A stretch of 64,000 nucleotides of DNA. Origin: an uncultured beta proteobacterium. GTDB taxonomy: Bacteria; Pseudomonadota; Gammaproteobacteria; Burkholderiales; JAEUMW01. The stretch is from contig CAVTGS010000012.1 in assembly GCA_963734295.1 (NCBI GenBank), forward strand, positions 326,099 through 390,098, written 5' to 3'. The notes under the pieces were generated by a model, which did not search any database, was not told the DNA's origin, and worked only from the letters and a program-made list of their open reading frames with translations. This document shows, one piece after another, positions 56,494 through 64,000 of the stretch (positions are counted from its first letter, which is position 1; every line of letters starts with the position of its first letter). Made by a program: the position numbers and the translations under genes.

Positions 56494-57376
56494 ATGTCGC
56501 GCTTTCTCGCCGGCCTGCTGCTGGCGGTCGCGCTTTTGGGCGCCGCGTGCGCGCGTGCCGACATCGCGGTACCGCCGCTCACGACGCGCGTCACCGATTT
56601 GACCGGGACGCTGTCCGGGCCGCAGCGACAGGCGCTCGAGGACAAGCTCGCCGCATTCGAGGCGGCGAAGGGCAGCCAGATCGCGGTGCTGATCGTGCCG
56701 ACCACCGAGCCCGAGACCATCGAACAGTACGCGCTGCGCGTGGCGGAGCAGTGGCGGCTCGGGCGCAAAGGCGTCGACGACGGGGCGCTTCTGCTGGTTG
56801 CGAAGAACGACCGGCGCCTGCGCATCGAGGTCGGCTACGGGCTCGAAGGCGTGCTCCCCGATGCCGGCGCGAAGCGCATCGTCTCCGATACCATCACGCC
56901 GTACTTCCGGCAGGGGGATTTCTACGGGGGTATCGCGGCGGGCGTCGACCGGATGATCCGCGTGGTCGACGGCGAGCCGCTGCCGCCGCCCACCCCGCGG
57001 GGCGCGAGCGGCAGCCACCAGGTCGATCTCGGTGCGGTGATCGGCATCGTCATCGTCGGGCTCGTTCTGACGACCATCCTGTCGGCGATGCTGGGGCGCT
57101 TCTTCGGGGGCGCGCTCGGGGCAGGCGGCACCGGGGTGATGGCATTCCTTTCCTCGACCTCGGTGCTGCTCGCGATATTCGCGGCGCTCGCCGTGCTCCT
57201 GCTGGGCGGGCTGCTCGCGAGCGGCTCCGGCTACCGGGCAACGCGCGGTCGCCATCCCGGGGGGTGGGGCGGTGGTTTTCCGGGCGGCTTCGGCGGCGGC
57301 GGACGCGGTGGGCGGCGGCTGGGGGGGTGGCGGCGGGGGCGGATTCGGGGGCGGTGGCGCCTCGGGGAACTGGTGA
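56494..57376 (+). CDS. TPM domain protein (YgcG-like) with Gly-rich tail; apparent frameshift in the tail
   Basis: ORF 56494..57867 has the TPM domain (VTDLTGTLS...IAVLIVP) plus TM segments. The natural ending GGGGGGGFGGGGASGNW* (stop 57374-57376) is in another frame, and a G7 run sits at 57321-57327. Confidence 0.7.
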
Positions 57377-57377
57377 G

Positions 57378-57881
57378 ATGGACCTCGGCCGTTTCTTTCG
57401 TCACGTCGCGAGCGGACCCTGGAGCATCCAGCGGGCCTTTCCCGCCGCCACGATGGCCGCGATCGAACGCGAGATCCGCGCCGCGGAAGCGACCCACCGG
57501 GGCGAGATCGTCTTCGCCGTGCAGGGTTCGCTCGACTTCTGGCGTCTCGTGCACGGCACGAGCGCGCGCGAGCGGGCGCTCGAGGTCTTCTCGGAGCTCC
57601 GGGTCTGGGACACCGAGCACAGCAACGGCGTGCTCGTCTACCTGCTGCTCGCCGATCGCGACGTGGAGATCGTCGCGGATCGGGGCATCCATGGCCCGTG
57701 CGGCCCCGAAGCGTGGGAGGAGATCTGCCGCCGGATGGAGGCGGAGTTTCGTGCCGGCCGCTTCGAAGCGGGCGTCGTCCACGGCGTGCGCGCCGTCGGC
57801 GAGCATCTCGCCCGTCATTTCCCCGGCGACGATAGCAACCCCAACGAGCTCACTGACGAGCCGGTGATCATCCGCGGCTGA
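57378..57881 (+). CDS. TPM domain-containing protein
   Basis: Last 167 aa of ORF 56547..57881, from MDLGRFFRHVASGPW, with GEIVFAV...SNGVLVYLLLADRDVEIVADRG. Confidence 0.75.
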   Translation: MDLGRFFRHVASGPWSIQRAFPAATMAAIEREIRAAEATHRGEIVFAVQGSLDFWRLVHGTSARERALEVFSELRVWDTEHSNGVLVYLLLADRDVEIVADRGIHGPCGPEAWEEICRRMEAEFRAGRFEAGVVHGVRAVGEHLARHFPGDDSNPNELTDEPVIIRG

Positions 57882-58117
57882 CCGCCATGGGCCTTTCGTC
57901 CCCGGCACTTCCCCGGGCGAGGCGCCTTGGCTACCATTACGGCTTCGTTCACCGCGCGCGCATAGAAGTGGTTCCGTTTGTTTGAACAACTTTCCCCGAT
58001 TTATAAGTGGACTCCGGGCAGATTGCTGAAGGTGCAGAGTTGTCCACGGCGGCGTGCGTCGCTTGCGACGAACGCAAAGCCGCGGTGGGCAACTCGGGGC
58101 GCACCCGGGACTTCATC

Positions 58118-58948
58118 TTACGCAGCCAAGCGCATGGGCGGCAGCGCTGCCAGATACTGCTCGTCGGGCGTGATGCGCCCCAGGCTCGAATGACTGCGAT
58201 GCGTGTTGTACCAGGACAGATACTCGGCAATGTCGGTGCGTGCCGCGCTCACGCTGTCGTAGGCTTTCAGGTACACCCGTTCGTACTTCACGCTGCGCCA
58301 CAGGCGCTCGACGAAGACGTTGTCGCGCCAAGCCCCGCGCCCGTCCATGGACAGCTTGCAGCCTTGCTCCAGCACGACTCGGGTGAACTCTTCGGCCGTG
58401 AACTGGCTGCCCTGGTCGGTGTTGACGATCTCAGGGGTGCCGTATCGGGCCAAGGCCTGTTCCATCACCTCTCTGGCGTGGCAGGCTTCCAGCGTGATCG
58501 CCACCTTGTGCGCCAGCACCTTGCGGCTGACCACATCGACCACGGCAGTGAGGTACACGAAGCCCCGCGCCATCGGGATGTAGGTGGTGTCCAGCGCCCA
58601 GACCTGGTTGGCGCGGGTGATCGCCAGCTGGCGCAGCAGGTAGGGGTAGATGGTGTGGCCCGGTGTGGTTTTGCTGGTGCCCGGCTGGGGTGCCAGCGCC
58701 TCAATGCCCATGCGCAGCATCAGCGTTCTGATGTGGCGTCGTCCCGCATGGATACCTTGCCGAGCCAGGTGGTCACGCAGCATGCGTGCACCCATGAAGG
58801 GGTGCTCCAGGTGCAGTTCGTCAATCTTGCGCATGAGTGCCAGATCGGCCGGGCTGACCGGCAAAGGCAAGTAATACACCGTGCCCCGACTGATGTTCAG
58901 CAGCTTGGCCTGGCGCGTGATGGAAAGCTCGTGGTCTCGGTCAATCAT
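58118..58948 (-). CDS. IS3-family transposase OrfB (DDE integrase core)
   Basis: 276-aa ORF with [18 protein letters not shown] and [11 protein letters not shown]. Confidence 0.9.
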   Translation of the reverse strand: MIDRDHELSITRQAKLLNISRGTVYYLPLPVSPADLALMRKIDELHLEHPFMGARMLRDHLARQGIHAGRRHIRTLMLRMGIEALAPQPGTSKTTPGHTIYPYLLRQLAITRANQVWALDTTYIPMARGFVYLTAVVDVVSRKVLAHKVAITLEACHAREVMEQALARYGTPEIVNTDQGSQFTAEEFTRVVLEQGCKLSMDGRGAWRDNVFVERLWRSVKYERVYLKAYDSVSAARTDIAEYLSWYNTHRSHSSLGRITPDEQYLAALPPMRLAA

Positions 58949-59262
58949 GGCTTTGCGCTCAGCAATCCCGCCTTGGTGAGCGCGCTTTCTAAAAAATCAT
59001 TCTCCAGCGTCAACGCCCCGATCTTCGCGTGCAGCGGGGCGAGGTTCACCGGCTCGGGCGGGGCGCCAGAGCCAAAGATTTCGGCTGCGCGCTCGAGCAG
59101 CCGCCCCTTCCAGTCGGCGATCTGGTTCGGATGCACCTCGAACTGTTCGCACAGCTCCGCCATCGTGCGGTCCTCTCGCAAGGCGGCCAGGGCCACTCGG
59201 GCCTTGAACGCCGGATTGTGCGCGCGCCGCGTGCGCCGCGCCGATGCTTTCTTCTTGACCAT
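58945..59262 (-). CDS. IS3-family transposase OrfA (HTH)
   Basis: ORF 58945..59319 with start at [32 protein letters not shown] overlap with orfB. Confidence 0.85.
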   Translation of the reverse strand: MVKKKASARRTRRAHNPAFKARVALAALREDRTMAELCEQFEVHPNQIADWKGRLLERAAEIFGSGAPPEPVNLAPLHAKIGALTLENDFLESALTKAGLLSAKP

Positions 59263-59463
59263 CAGAAACTCCTTCTTGTCAGACCGCTTTCGGTCCGGCT
59301 TTATACCCGGAGTTTCCACTTATAGCGCTGTTCAAATTCGTGAGACCACTTCTCATCGTGTACTTCCCATAGATGTCCGAGACTTGCGCGCCTTCACCCT
59401 CTCGTAAGTGTTCTTCGGTAGCCGCCTTCATACCCCGCCATTCCGACTGATCGAGGAGAACCC

Positions 59464-60378
59464 GTGATTCCTCAAGAGCGATATTCGCTGTCGGTGTTGA
59501 GCGTTCTCGAGGCCGAGAGCATCCACATCCTGCGCGAGGTCGCCGCCGAGTGCGAGCGGCCGGTCATGATGTATTCGGTCGGCAAGGACTCCTCCACCAT
59601 GGTCCGCCTCGCGCAGAAAGCCTTCCATCCCGGGAAGATCCCCTTTCCGCTGCTGCATATCGACACGGCCTACAAGTTCCCCGAGATGTACGCGTTTCGC
59701 GATCGCTACTGCCGCGAGATCGGCGTCGAGCTGCGCATTCATCGCAACGAGGAGGCACTCGCGGGAAATGCCAATCCGTGGGATCTCGGTACCGTGAAAT
59801 GCTGTGCCCTGCTCAAGACCCAGGGGCTCCTGGGCGGTCTGCGCGAGGGCGAGTTCGACGCCGTGATCGGCGGCGCGAGGCGCGAGGAGGAACGCTCGCG
59901 CGCCAAGGAGCGCATCTATTCCTTTCGCGATGGCCATGGCCAGTGGGATCCGAAGAATCAGCGGCCCGAGCTGTGGAACCTCTACAACGGCAAGGTGAAT
60001 CCCGGCGAGAGCATCCGCGTGTTTCCGCTCTCGAACTGGACCGAGCTCGACATCTGGCGCTACATCGAGCTGGAGGGGATCCCGGTGGTGCCGCTGTATT
60101 TTGCCGAGGAACGGGAGGTCGTCGTCCGCGGCAGCCAGCTCATCCCGGTGGGCGAGAAGACGCGGCTGCTGGCGGGCGAGGCACCGCAACGGGTGATGTG
60201 CCGCTATCGCACGCTCGGCTGCTACCCCTGCACGGGTGCAGTGCGTTCGACTGCGCGGACGGTGCGCGAGATTATCGCGGAGCTCGAGATCGCGAAGCAT
60301 TCCGAGCGCATCACCCGCATCATCGACCACGACCAGGACGGCTCGATGGAACAGAAGAAGCGCGAGGGATATTTCTGA
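59464..60378 (+). CDS. cysD: Sulfate adenylyltransferase subunit 2 CysD
   Basis: 304-aa ORF (GTG start) with [23 protein letters not shown] and a C-terminal KKREGYF. Confidence 0.95.
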   Translation: MIPQERYSLSVLSVLEAESIHILREVAAECERPVMMYSVGKDSSTMVRLAQKAFHPGKIPFPLLHIDTAYKFPEMYAFRDRYCREIGVELRIHRNEEALAGNANPWDLGTVKCCALLKTQGLLGGLREGEFDAVIGGARREEERSRAKERIYSFRDGHGQWDPKNQRPELWNLYNGKVNPGESIRVFPLSNWTELDIWRYIELEGIPVVPLYFAEEREVVVRGSQLIPVGEKTRLLAGEAPQRVMCRYRTLGCYPCTGAVRSTARTVREIIAELEIAKHSERITRIIDHDQDGSMEQKKREGYF

Positions 60379-60379
60379 C

Positions 60380-62284
60380 ATGAACATGGCGACGACGCTC
60401 CCGCACCGCACCGGCGAACCGGACCTCCTGCGCTTCGCCACCGCGGGCAGCGTGGACGACGGCAAGTCGACCCTGATCGGCCGTCTGCTGCACGACGCGA
60501 ACGCGCTCTACGAAGATCACATCGAAGCGCTGAAGAAGAAGTCCGGTCGCGAGAGCGGTGGCATGGACTTTTCCCTCATCACCGACGGGCTCAAGGCCGA
60601 GCGCGAGCAGGGCATTACGATCGACGTCGCATACCGCTATTTCTCGACGCCGAAGCGGCGCTTCATCATCGCGGACACGCCCGGGCACGAGCAGTACACG
60701 CGCAACATGGCGACCGGCGCCTCGACCGCGGACGTGGCGGTGGTGCTGATCGATGCGCGACTCGGCGTGCTCACGCAATCCAAGCGTCACGGCTTCATCG
60801 CATCGCTCCTCGGGGTGCCGCACCTCGTGGTGGCGGTCAACAAGATGGACATGGTCGACTACGAGCAGGAAGTCTTCGAGCGCATCCGTGAAGAGTACGT
60901 GGAGTTCACGGCCCGGCTGGGTCTCGCGGACGTGACCTTCATTCCCATCAGCGCGCTGATGGGCGACAACGTGGTGAGCCGCAGCGGCAACATGCCCTGG
61001 TATCCGGGGGTGCCGCTGCTCACCTATCTCGAGAACGTCTCGATCGCGGGGGACCGCAATCTCGTCGACTTCCGCTTTCCGGTGCAGCGGGTGGTCCGCC
61101 CGAACCAGGATTTTCGCGGCTACTGCGGCCAGATCGCGTCGGGCGTCGTGCGTCCCGGCGACGAGGTGGTGGCGCTTACCTCCGGGCAGCGCTCCCGCGT
61201 CACCCGCATCGCCACCTACGACGGCGACCTCGATTATGCGTTCGCGCCACTGTCCGTCACGTTGTGCCTGGCCGACGAGATCGACATCAGCCGCGGCGAC
61301 ATGCTGGCGCATCCGAACAACGTGCCCCGCGTCGAACGCGCGCTCGACGCGATGATGATCTGGCTCGCGGACAAGCCCCTAGAAGTGGGCCGCAGCTATC
61401 TGGTGAAGCACACCACCAACGTCGTGAAAGCGAGCTGCGCGCAACTCTTGTATCGCGTCGATCCGAATACGCTGCACCGCGAAGACGCCACCCAGCTCGG
61501 CATGAACGACATCGGCCGGGTGCGCCTCACGCTCTTCCGTCCCCTCTTTCTCGACCAGTACGAGCGCAACCGGGCCACCGGCAGCTTCGTCCTGATCGAT
61601 CCGCTCACCAACCTGACGGTGGGCGCCGGCATGGTGAGCGACCGTCTGCGCGCCGCGGATGTCCGCACCGAGACCGCGCAACAGCCCGTGAGCGGCGAAA
61701 TCACCTGGCATCGCGGCCGGGTCGACTTCGCGGAGCGCGCCAAGCTTCTGCGCCAGCAGCCCGCCACGGTCTGGCTCACGGGGCTCTCGGCGTCCGGCAA
61801 GTCGACCATCGCCTTCGAGCTCGAACGGCGGCTCATCGGGCGCGGTCATGCGTGCTTCGTGCTCGATGGCGACAACATCCGCCACGGACTGAGCCGCGAT
61901 CTGGGCTTCACGCCGCAGGATCGCACCGAGAACATCCGCCGCATCGCGCAGGTCGCCCACCTCCTCAACGAGGCGGGGCTGATCGTGATCACGGCGTTCA
62001 TTTCACCCTACGCCCAGGACCGCGAGCTGGCGCGCCAGGTGATCGGCCCGGACCGATTTCTGGAGACTTATCTCGCAGCCGACCTCTCGACCTGCGAGCA
62101 GAGAGATCCCAAGGGTCTGTATGCCAAGGCGAGAAACGGCAGAATCGCGGAATTCACCGGCGTCTCGGCGCCCTACGAACCGCCGGAGCGTCCCGCCTTG
62201 TCGCTCGACACCGCGTCGCAGGATGTCGACGCGTGCGTGCGTGCGATCCTGAAGGTTCTCTCGGATCGGCTCGACAGTGCTTGA
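60380..62284 (+). CDS. cysN: Bifunctional sulfate adenylyltransferase subunit 1 / adenylylsulfate kinase (CysN-CysC fusion)
   Basis: ORF 60236..62284 with start at MNMATTLPH. GTPase motifs GSVDDGKST, DTPGH and NKMD. C-terminal APS-kinase P-loop GLSASGKST. Confidence 0.95.
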   Translation: MNMATTLPHRTGEPDLLRFATAGSVDDGKSTLIGRLLHDANALYEDHIEALKKKSGRESGGMDFSLITDGLKAEREQGITIDVAYRYFSTPKRRFIIADTPGHEQYTRNMATGASTADVAVVLIDARLGVLTQSKRHGFIASLLGVPHLVVAVNKMDMVDYEQEVFERIREEYVEFTARLGLADVTFIPISALMGDNVVSRSGNMPWYPGVPLLTYLENVSIAGDRNLVDFRFPVQRVVRPNQDFRGYCGQIASGVVRPGDEVVALTSGQRSRVTRIATYDGDLDYAFAPLSVTLCLADEIDISRGDMLAHPNNVPRVERALDAMMIWLADKPLEVGRSYLVKHTTNVVKASCAQLLYRVDPNTLHREDATQLGMNDIGRVRLTLFRPLFLDQYERNRATGSFVLIDPLTNLTVGAGMVSDRLRAADVRTETAQQPVSGEITWHRGRVDFAERAKLLRQQPATVWLTGLSASGKSTIAFELERRLIGRGHACFVLDGDNIRHGLSRDLGFTPQDRTENIRRIAQVAHLLNEAGLIVITAFISPYAQDRELARQVIGPDRFLETYLAADLSTCEQRDPKGLYAKARNGRIAEFTGVSAPYEPPERPALSLDTASQDVDACVRAILKVLSDRLDSA

Positions 62285-63062
62285 CTTCGCGACGACCCTG
62301 TCGGGTTTCGGGGTCGGCATCATCGTCGGGTTGACGGGCATCGGCGGCGGCGCGCTCATGACGCCGGTGCTGGTGCTCTTCTTCGGCGTGGCGCCTCATA
62401 CCGCGGTCGGTACCGATCTCCTGTTCGCCTGCATCACCAAGGTGTTCGGTGTGCTGGTCCACGGCCGCCGGGGCACCGTGGACTGGCAGGTCGTGGGGAG
62501 ACTGGCGGCCGGCAGCCTGCCGGCCGCGCTCGCGACCGTTCTCTTCCTCGCTTTCTTCGGCACCAGCGACGCGCGCAACGAGGTGATCCTGACCGGCGTC
62601 GGCATCGCGCTCGTGCTCACGGCGGCGGGTCTGCTCTTTCGCCGGCGGCTGCAGGAGGTCGGGAAGTCGCTCCGGTCGCGTGCGCCGAGCAAGTTCAAGC
62701 GCGCACAACCCTCGCTCACCGTGTTGGCTGGAGCGATCGTCGGGTCGCTGGTGGCGCTCACCTCGGTCGGCGCCGGCGCGCTGGGCACGGTCGCGCTGGT
62801 CTACCTCTATCCGTTCCGGCTCACTGCGGCGAAACTGGTGGGCACCGACCTGGCCCATGCCATTCCATTGGCTCTCGTCGCGGGAGCTGGGCATCTCGTG
62901 CTGGGACACACCGACTTCGCACTGCTGGCGAATCTGCTGCTGGGCTCGATCCCGGGCATCCTCCTGGGATCGTCTTTGAGCACCCGCGCGCCAGAAGCGT
63001 TGATCCGCAACGCGATGGCGGGGGTATTGCTGGTGGTGGCGGGCAAGCTCTTGTTTCGATAG
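62277..63062 (+). CDS. TauE/SafE (DUF81) family sulfite/anion exporter
   Basis: 261-aa polytopic ORF with GLTGIGGGALMTP. It overlaps the cysNC stop. Confidence 0.8.
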   Translation: MLDFATTLSGFGVGIIVGLTGIGGGALMTPVLVLFFGVAPHTAVGTDLLFACITKVFGVLVHGRRGTVDWQVVGRLAAGSLPAALATVLFLAFFGTSDARNEVILTGVGIALVLTAAGLLFRRRLQEVGKSLRSRAPSKFKRAQPSLTVLAGAIVGSLVALTSVGAGALGTVALVYLYPFRLTAAKLVGTDLAHAIPLALVAGAGHLVLGHTDFALLANLLLGSIPGILLGSSLSTRAPEALIRNAMAGVLLVVAGKLLFR

Positions 63063-63069
63063 CGGGACG

Positions 63070-63486
63070 TCAGTCGCGGTCTCCGATCAGGGTGCAGACC
63101 ACCTTGCGGCTGCGCCGGGGTCCATCGAACTCGCAGAAGAAAATGCCCTGCCAGGTTGAAAGCCCGGGCGCGCCGTCGATGATGGGGAGCGTCTCCGACG
63201 GACCCACCAACCCCGCCTTGAGATGGGCGTCCCCGTTGCTGTCCTGCTCGTCGTGCAGCCAGATGCCGGCCGGAATCAGCTTGCGCAGGCAGCTCACCAC
63301 ATCGGTGGGGACGCTCGCATCGAAGTTCTCCTGGATCATGATTGCCGCAGTGGCACCCTGCGCATAGACGTTGACGAGCCCCGACCGCAATCCCGACTGG
63401 CTGACCACGTCACGGACCCGCCCCGTGATGTCCACCAGTTCTTCGCGATGATCGGTGCGTAGCTCCAGCGTGACTCTCATCTCCAC
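63070..63486 (-). CDS. yjbQ: YjbQ (UPF0047) family protein
   Basis: 138-aa ORF with ITGRVRDVV, VYAQGATAAIMIQEN and GDAHLKAGLVGPS. Confidence 0.8.
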   Translation of the reverse strand: MEMRVTLELRTDHREELVDITGRVRDVVSQSGLRSGLVNVYAQGATAAIMIQENFDASVPTDVVSCLRKLIPAGIWLHDEQDSNGDAHLKAGLVGPSETLPIIDGAPGLSTWQGIFFCEFDGPRRSRKVVCTLIGDRD

Positions 63487-63681
63487 GACTCCTCTTGGAT
63501 CTATGTTGGAATTCTAACGCCGTGCAGCGGGGGTCGGGCCTGGCCGCTCGCCTGTCGCGGGTTTTTTGACTTGTCCGGTTTCGTAGTTCATGAATTGTCC
63601 GCTTTTGCGGTGGCGCGTGGAAAGTCGCGAAGGGCGTAGCCCGAAGCGGGTTTCCACGCGCGCGGCCGACGCGAAGCGGGC

Positions 63682-64000
63682 TTACGCGGCGGCCTTCAAG
63701 GCAATTTCGGGTAGCAGTGCGCCATCGCGCTCATAACGAGCCAGAAGGCGCGGGCCGTGAAACAGCGCGAGCGAGCCCTCGGCATAGCGATGCACCGCCA
63801 CCTTGGCTTTGACGTAGTGGCAGCGGTGGCGATCGGCCGGGATCTGGAGCTTGAGGTTGTCAAAGCGCACGCAGTTGTCGTGGCCCACTGTGCGCTCGAA
63901 GTGTTCGCACAGGATCTCATCGAGTGCGCCACCGACCCAGGGCACGAAGGCCGAGCCGGCTTCGCGCGCGGCCACCTGAAACTCGGCGTTGAAGGCCGGG
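63682..64000 (-). CDS. C-terminal part of an IS transposase (ISNCY-like integrase-core family); 5' end beyond window
   Basis: ORF 63682..63975 and upstream open frame: ..FNAEFQVAAREAGSAFVPW...TVGHDNCVRFDNLKLQIPADRHRCHYVKAKVAVHRYAEGSLALFHGPRLLARY. Family call is from memory. Confidence 0.45.
   Translation of the reverse strand, partial: PAFNAEFQVAAREAGSAFVPWVGGALDEILCEHFERTVGHDNCVRFDNLKLQIPADRHRCHYVKAKVAVHRYAEGSLALFHGPRLLARYERDGALLPEIALKAAA

Larger units (their letters stand above)
57981..59336 (-). mobile_element. IS3-family insertion sequence (orfA/orfB)
   Basis: Imperfect terminal repeats TTTGAACAAC...TATAAGTGGACTCC and TTTGAACAGCGCTATAAGTGGAAACTCC (reverse complement). About 1.36 kb with two overlapping ORFs. 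Boundaries are approximate. Confidence 0.8.

Noticed and set aside
57900-59431. Small minus-strand ORF ([29 protein letters not shown].. / ..NHFYARAVNEAVMVAKA) split by the IS3 element
   Set aside because: It is short, I recognise no family, and the two halves do not join in an obviously conserved frame. The evidence is too weak to call a disrupted gene.

Overview
This window is a high-GC proteobacterial chromosome segment (GC judged by eye). I saw no rRNA, tRNA or CRISPR array.

- **1-22.8 kb, housekeeping.** A DUF1343 gene, a dinG/yoaA-type helicase, an asparaginase and rimO. Then the PHA module phaR-phaP-phaC, a ZIP transporter and pgeF-rluD facing bamD. A copper module (copA, copZ) has a vapBC pair and a copA relic wedged into it. 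It ends with a LivK-like binding protein and RlpA-like, META and MOSC genes.
- **22.9-32.6 kb, cluster of unknown product.** Ten co-directional minus-strand genes: YbjQ, an alpha/beta hydrolase, a secreted lyase-like protein, a GT4 glycosyltransferase, two CapK/PaaK-like adenylating enzymes, DUF1989 and YqcI/YcgG. The last two, an acyl-CoA synthetase and a muconolactone-isomerase-like gene, are frameshifted.
- **33.2-50.7 kb, the most unusual part.** This is a type I R-M operon (Fic-hsdM-hsdS ... hsdR). Its hsdS-hsdR gap is filled with a fused ABC-ATPase/DUF4435 (PARIS-like) gene, a DarTG module and an AbiE module. Each module is followed by its own, non-identical hsdR 5' end, three in total. 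IS21-family and IS1380-like elements are also inserted here. hsdR, hsdS and hsdM carry many frameshifts, whereas the passenger modules read through intact.
- **50.9-64 kb.** Tartrate dehydrogenase, dusA, tsaB-rimI-udg, lemA-TPM-TPM, an IS3-family element, cysD-cysNC-tauE, yjbQ and a partial IS transposase at the window edge.

Internal start coordinates were derived by counting residues back from the ORF-track ends. Repeat and IS boundaries were read by eye and may be off by 1-2 nt.
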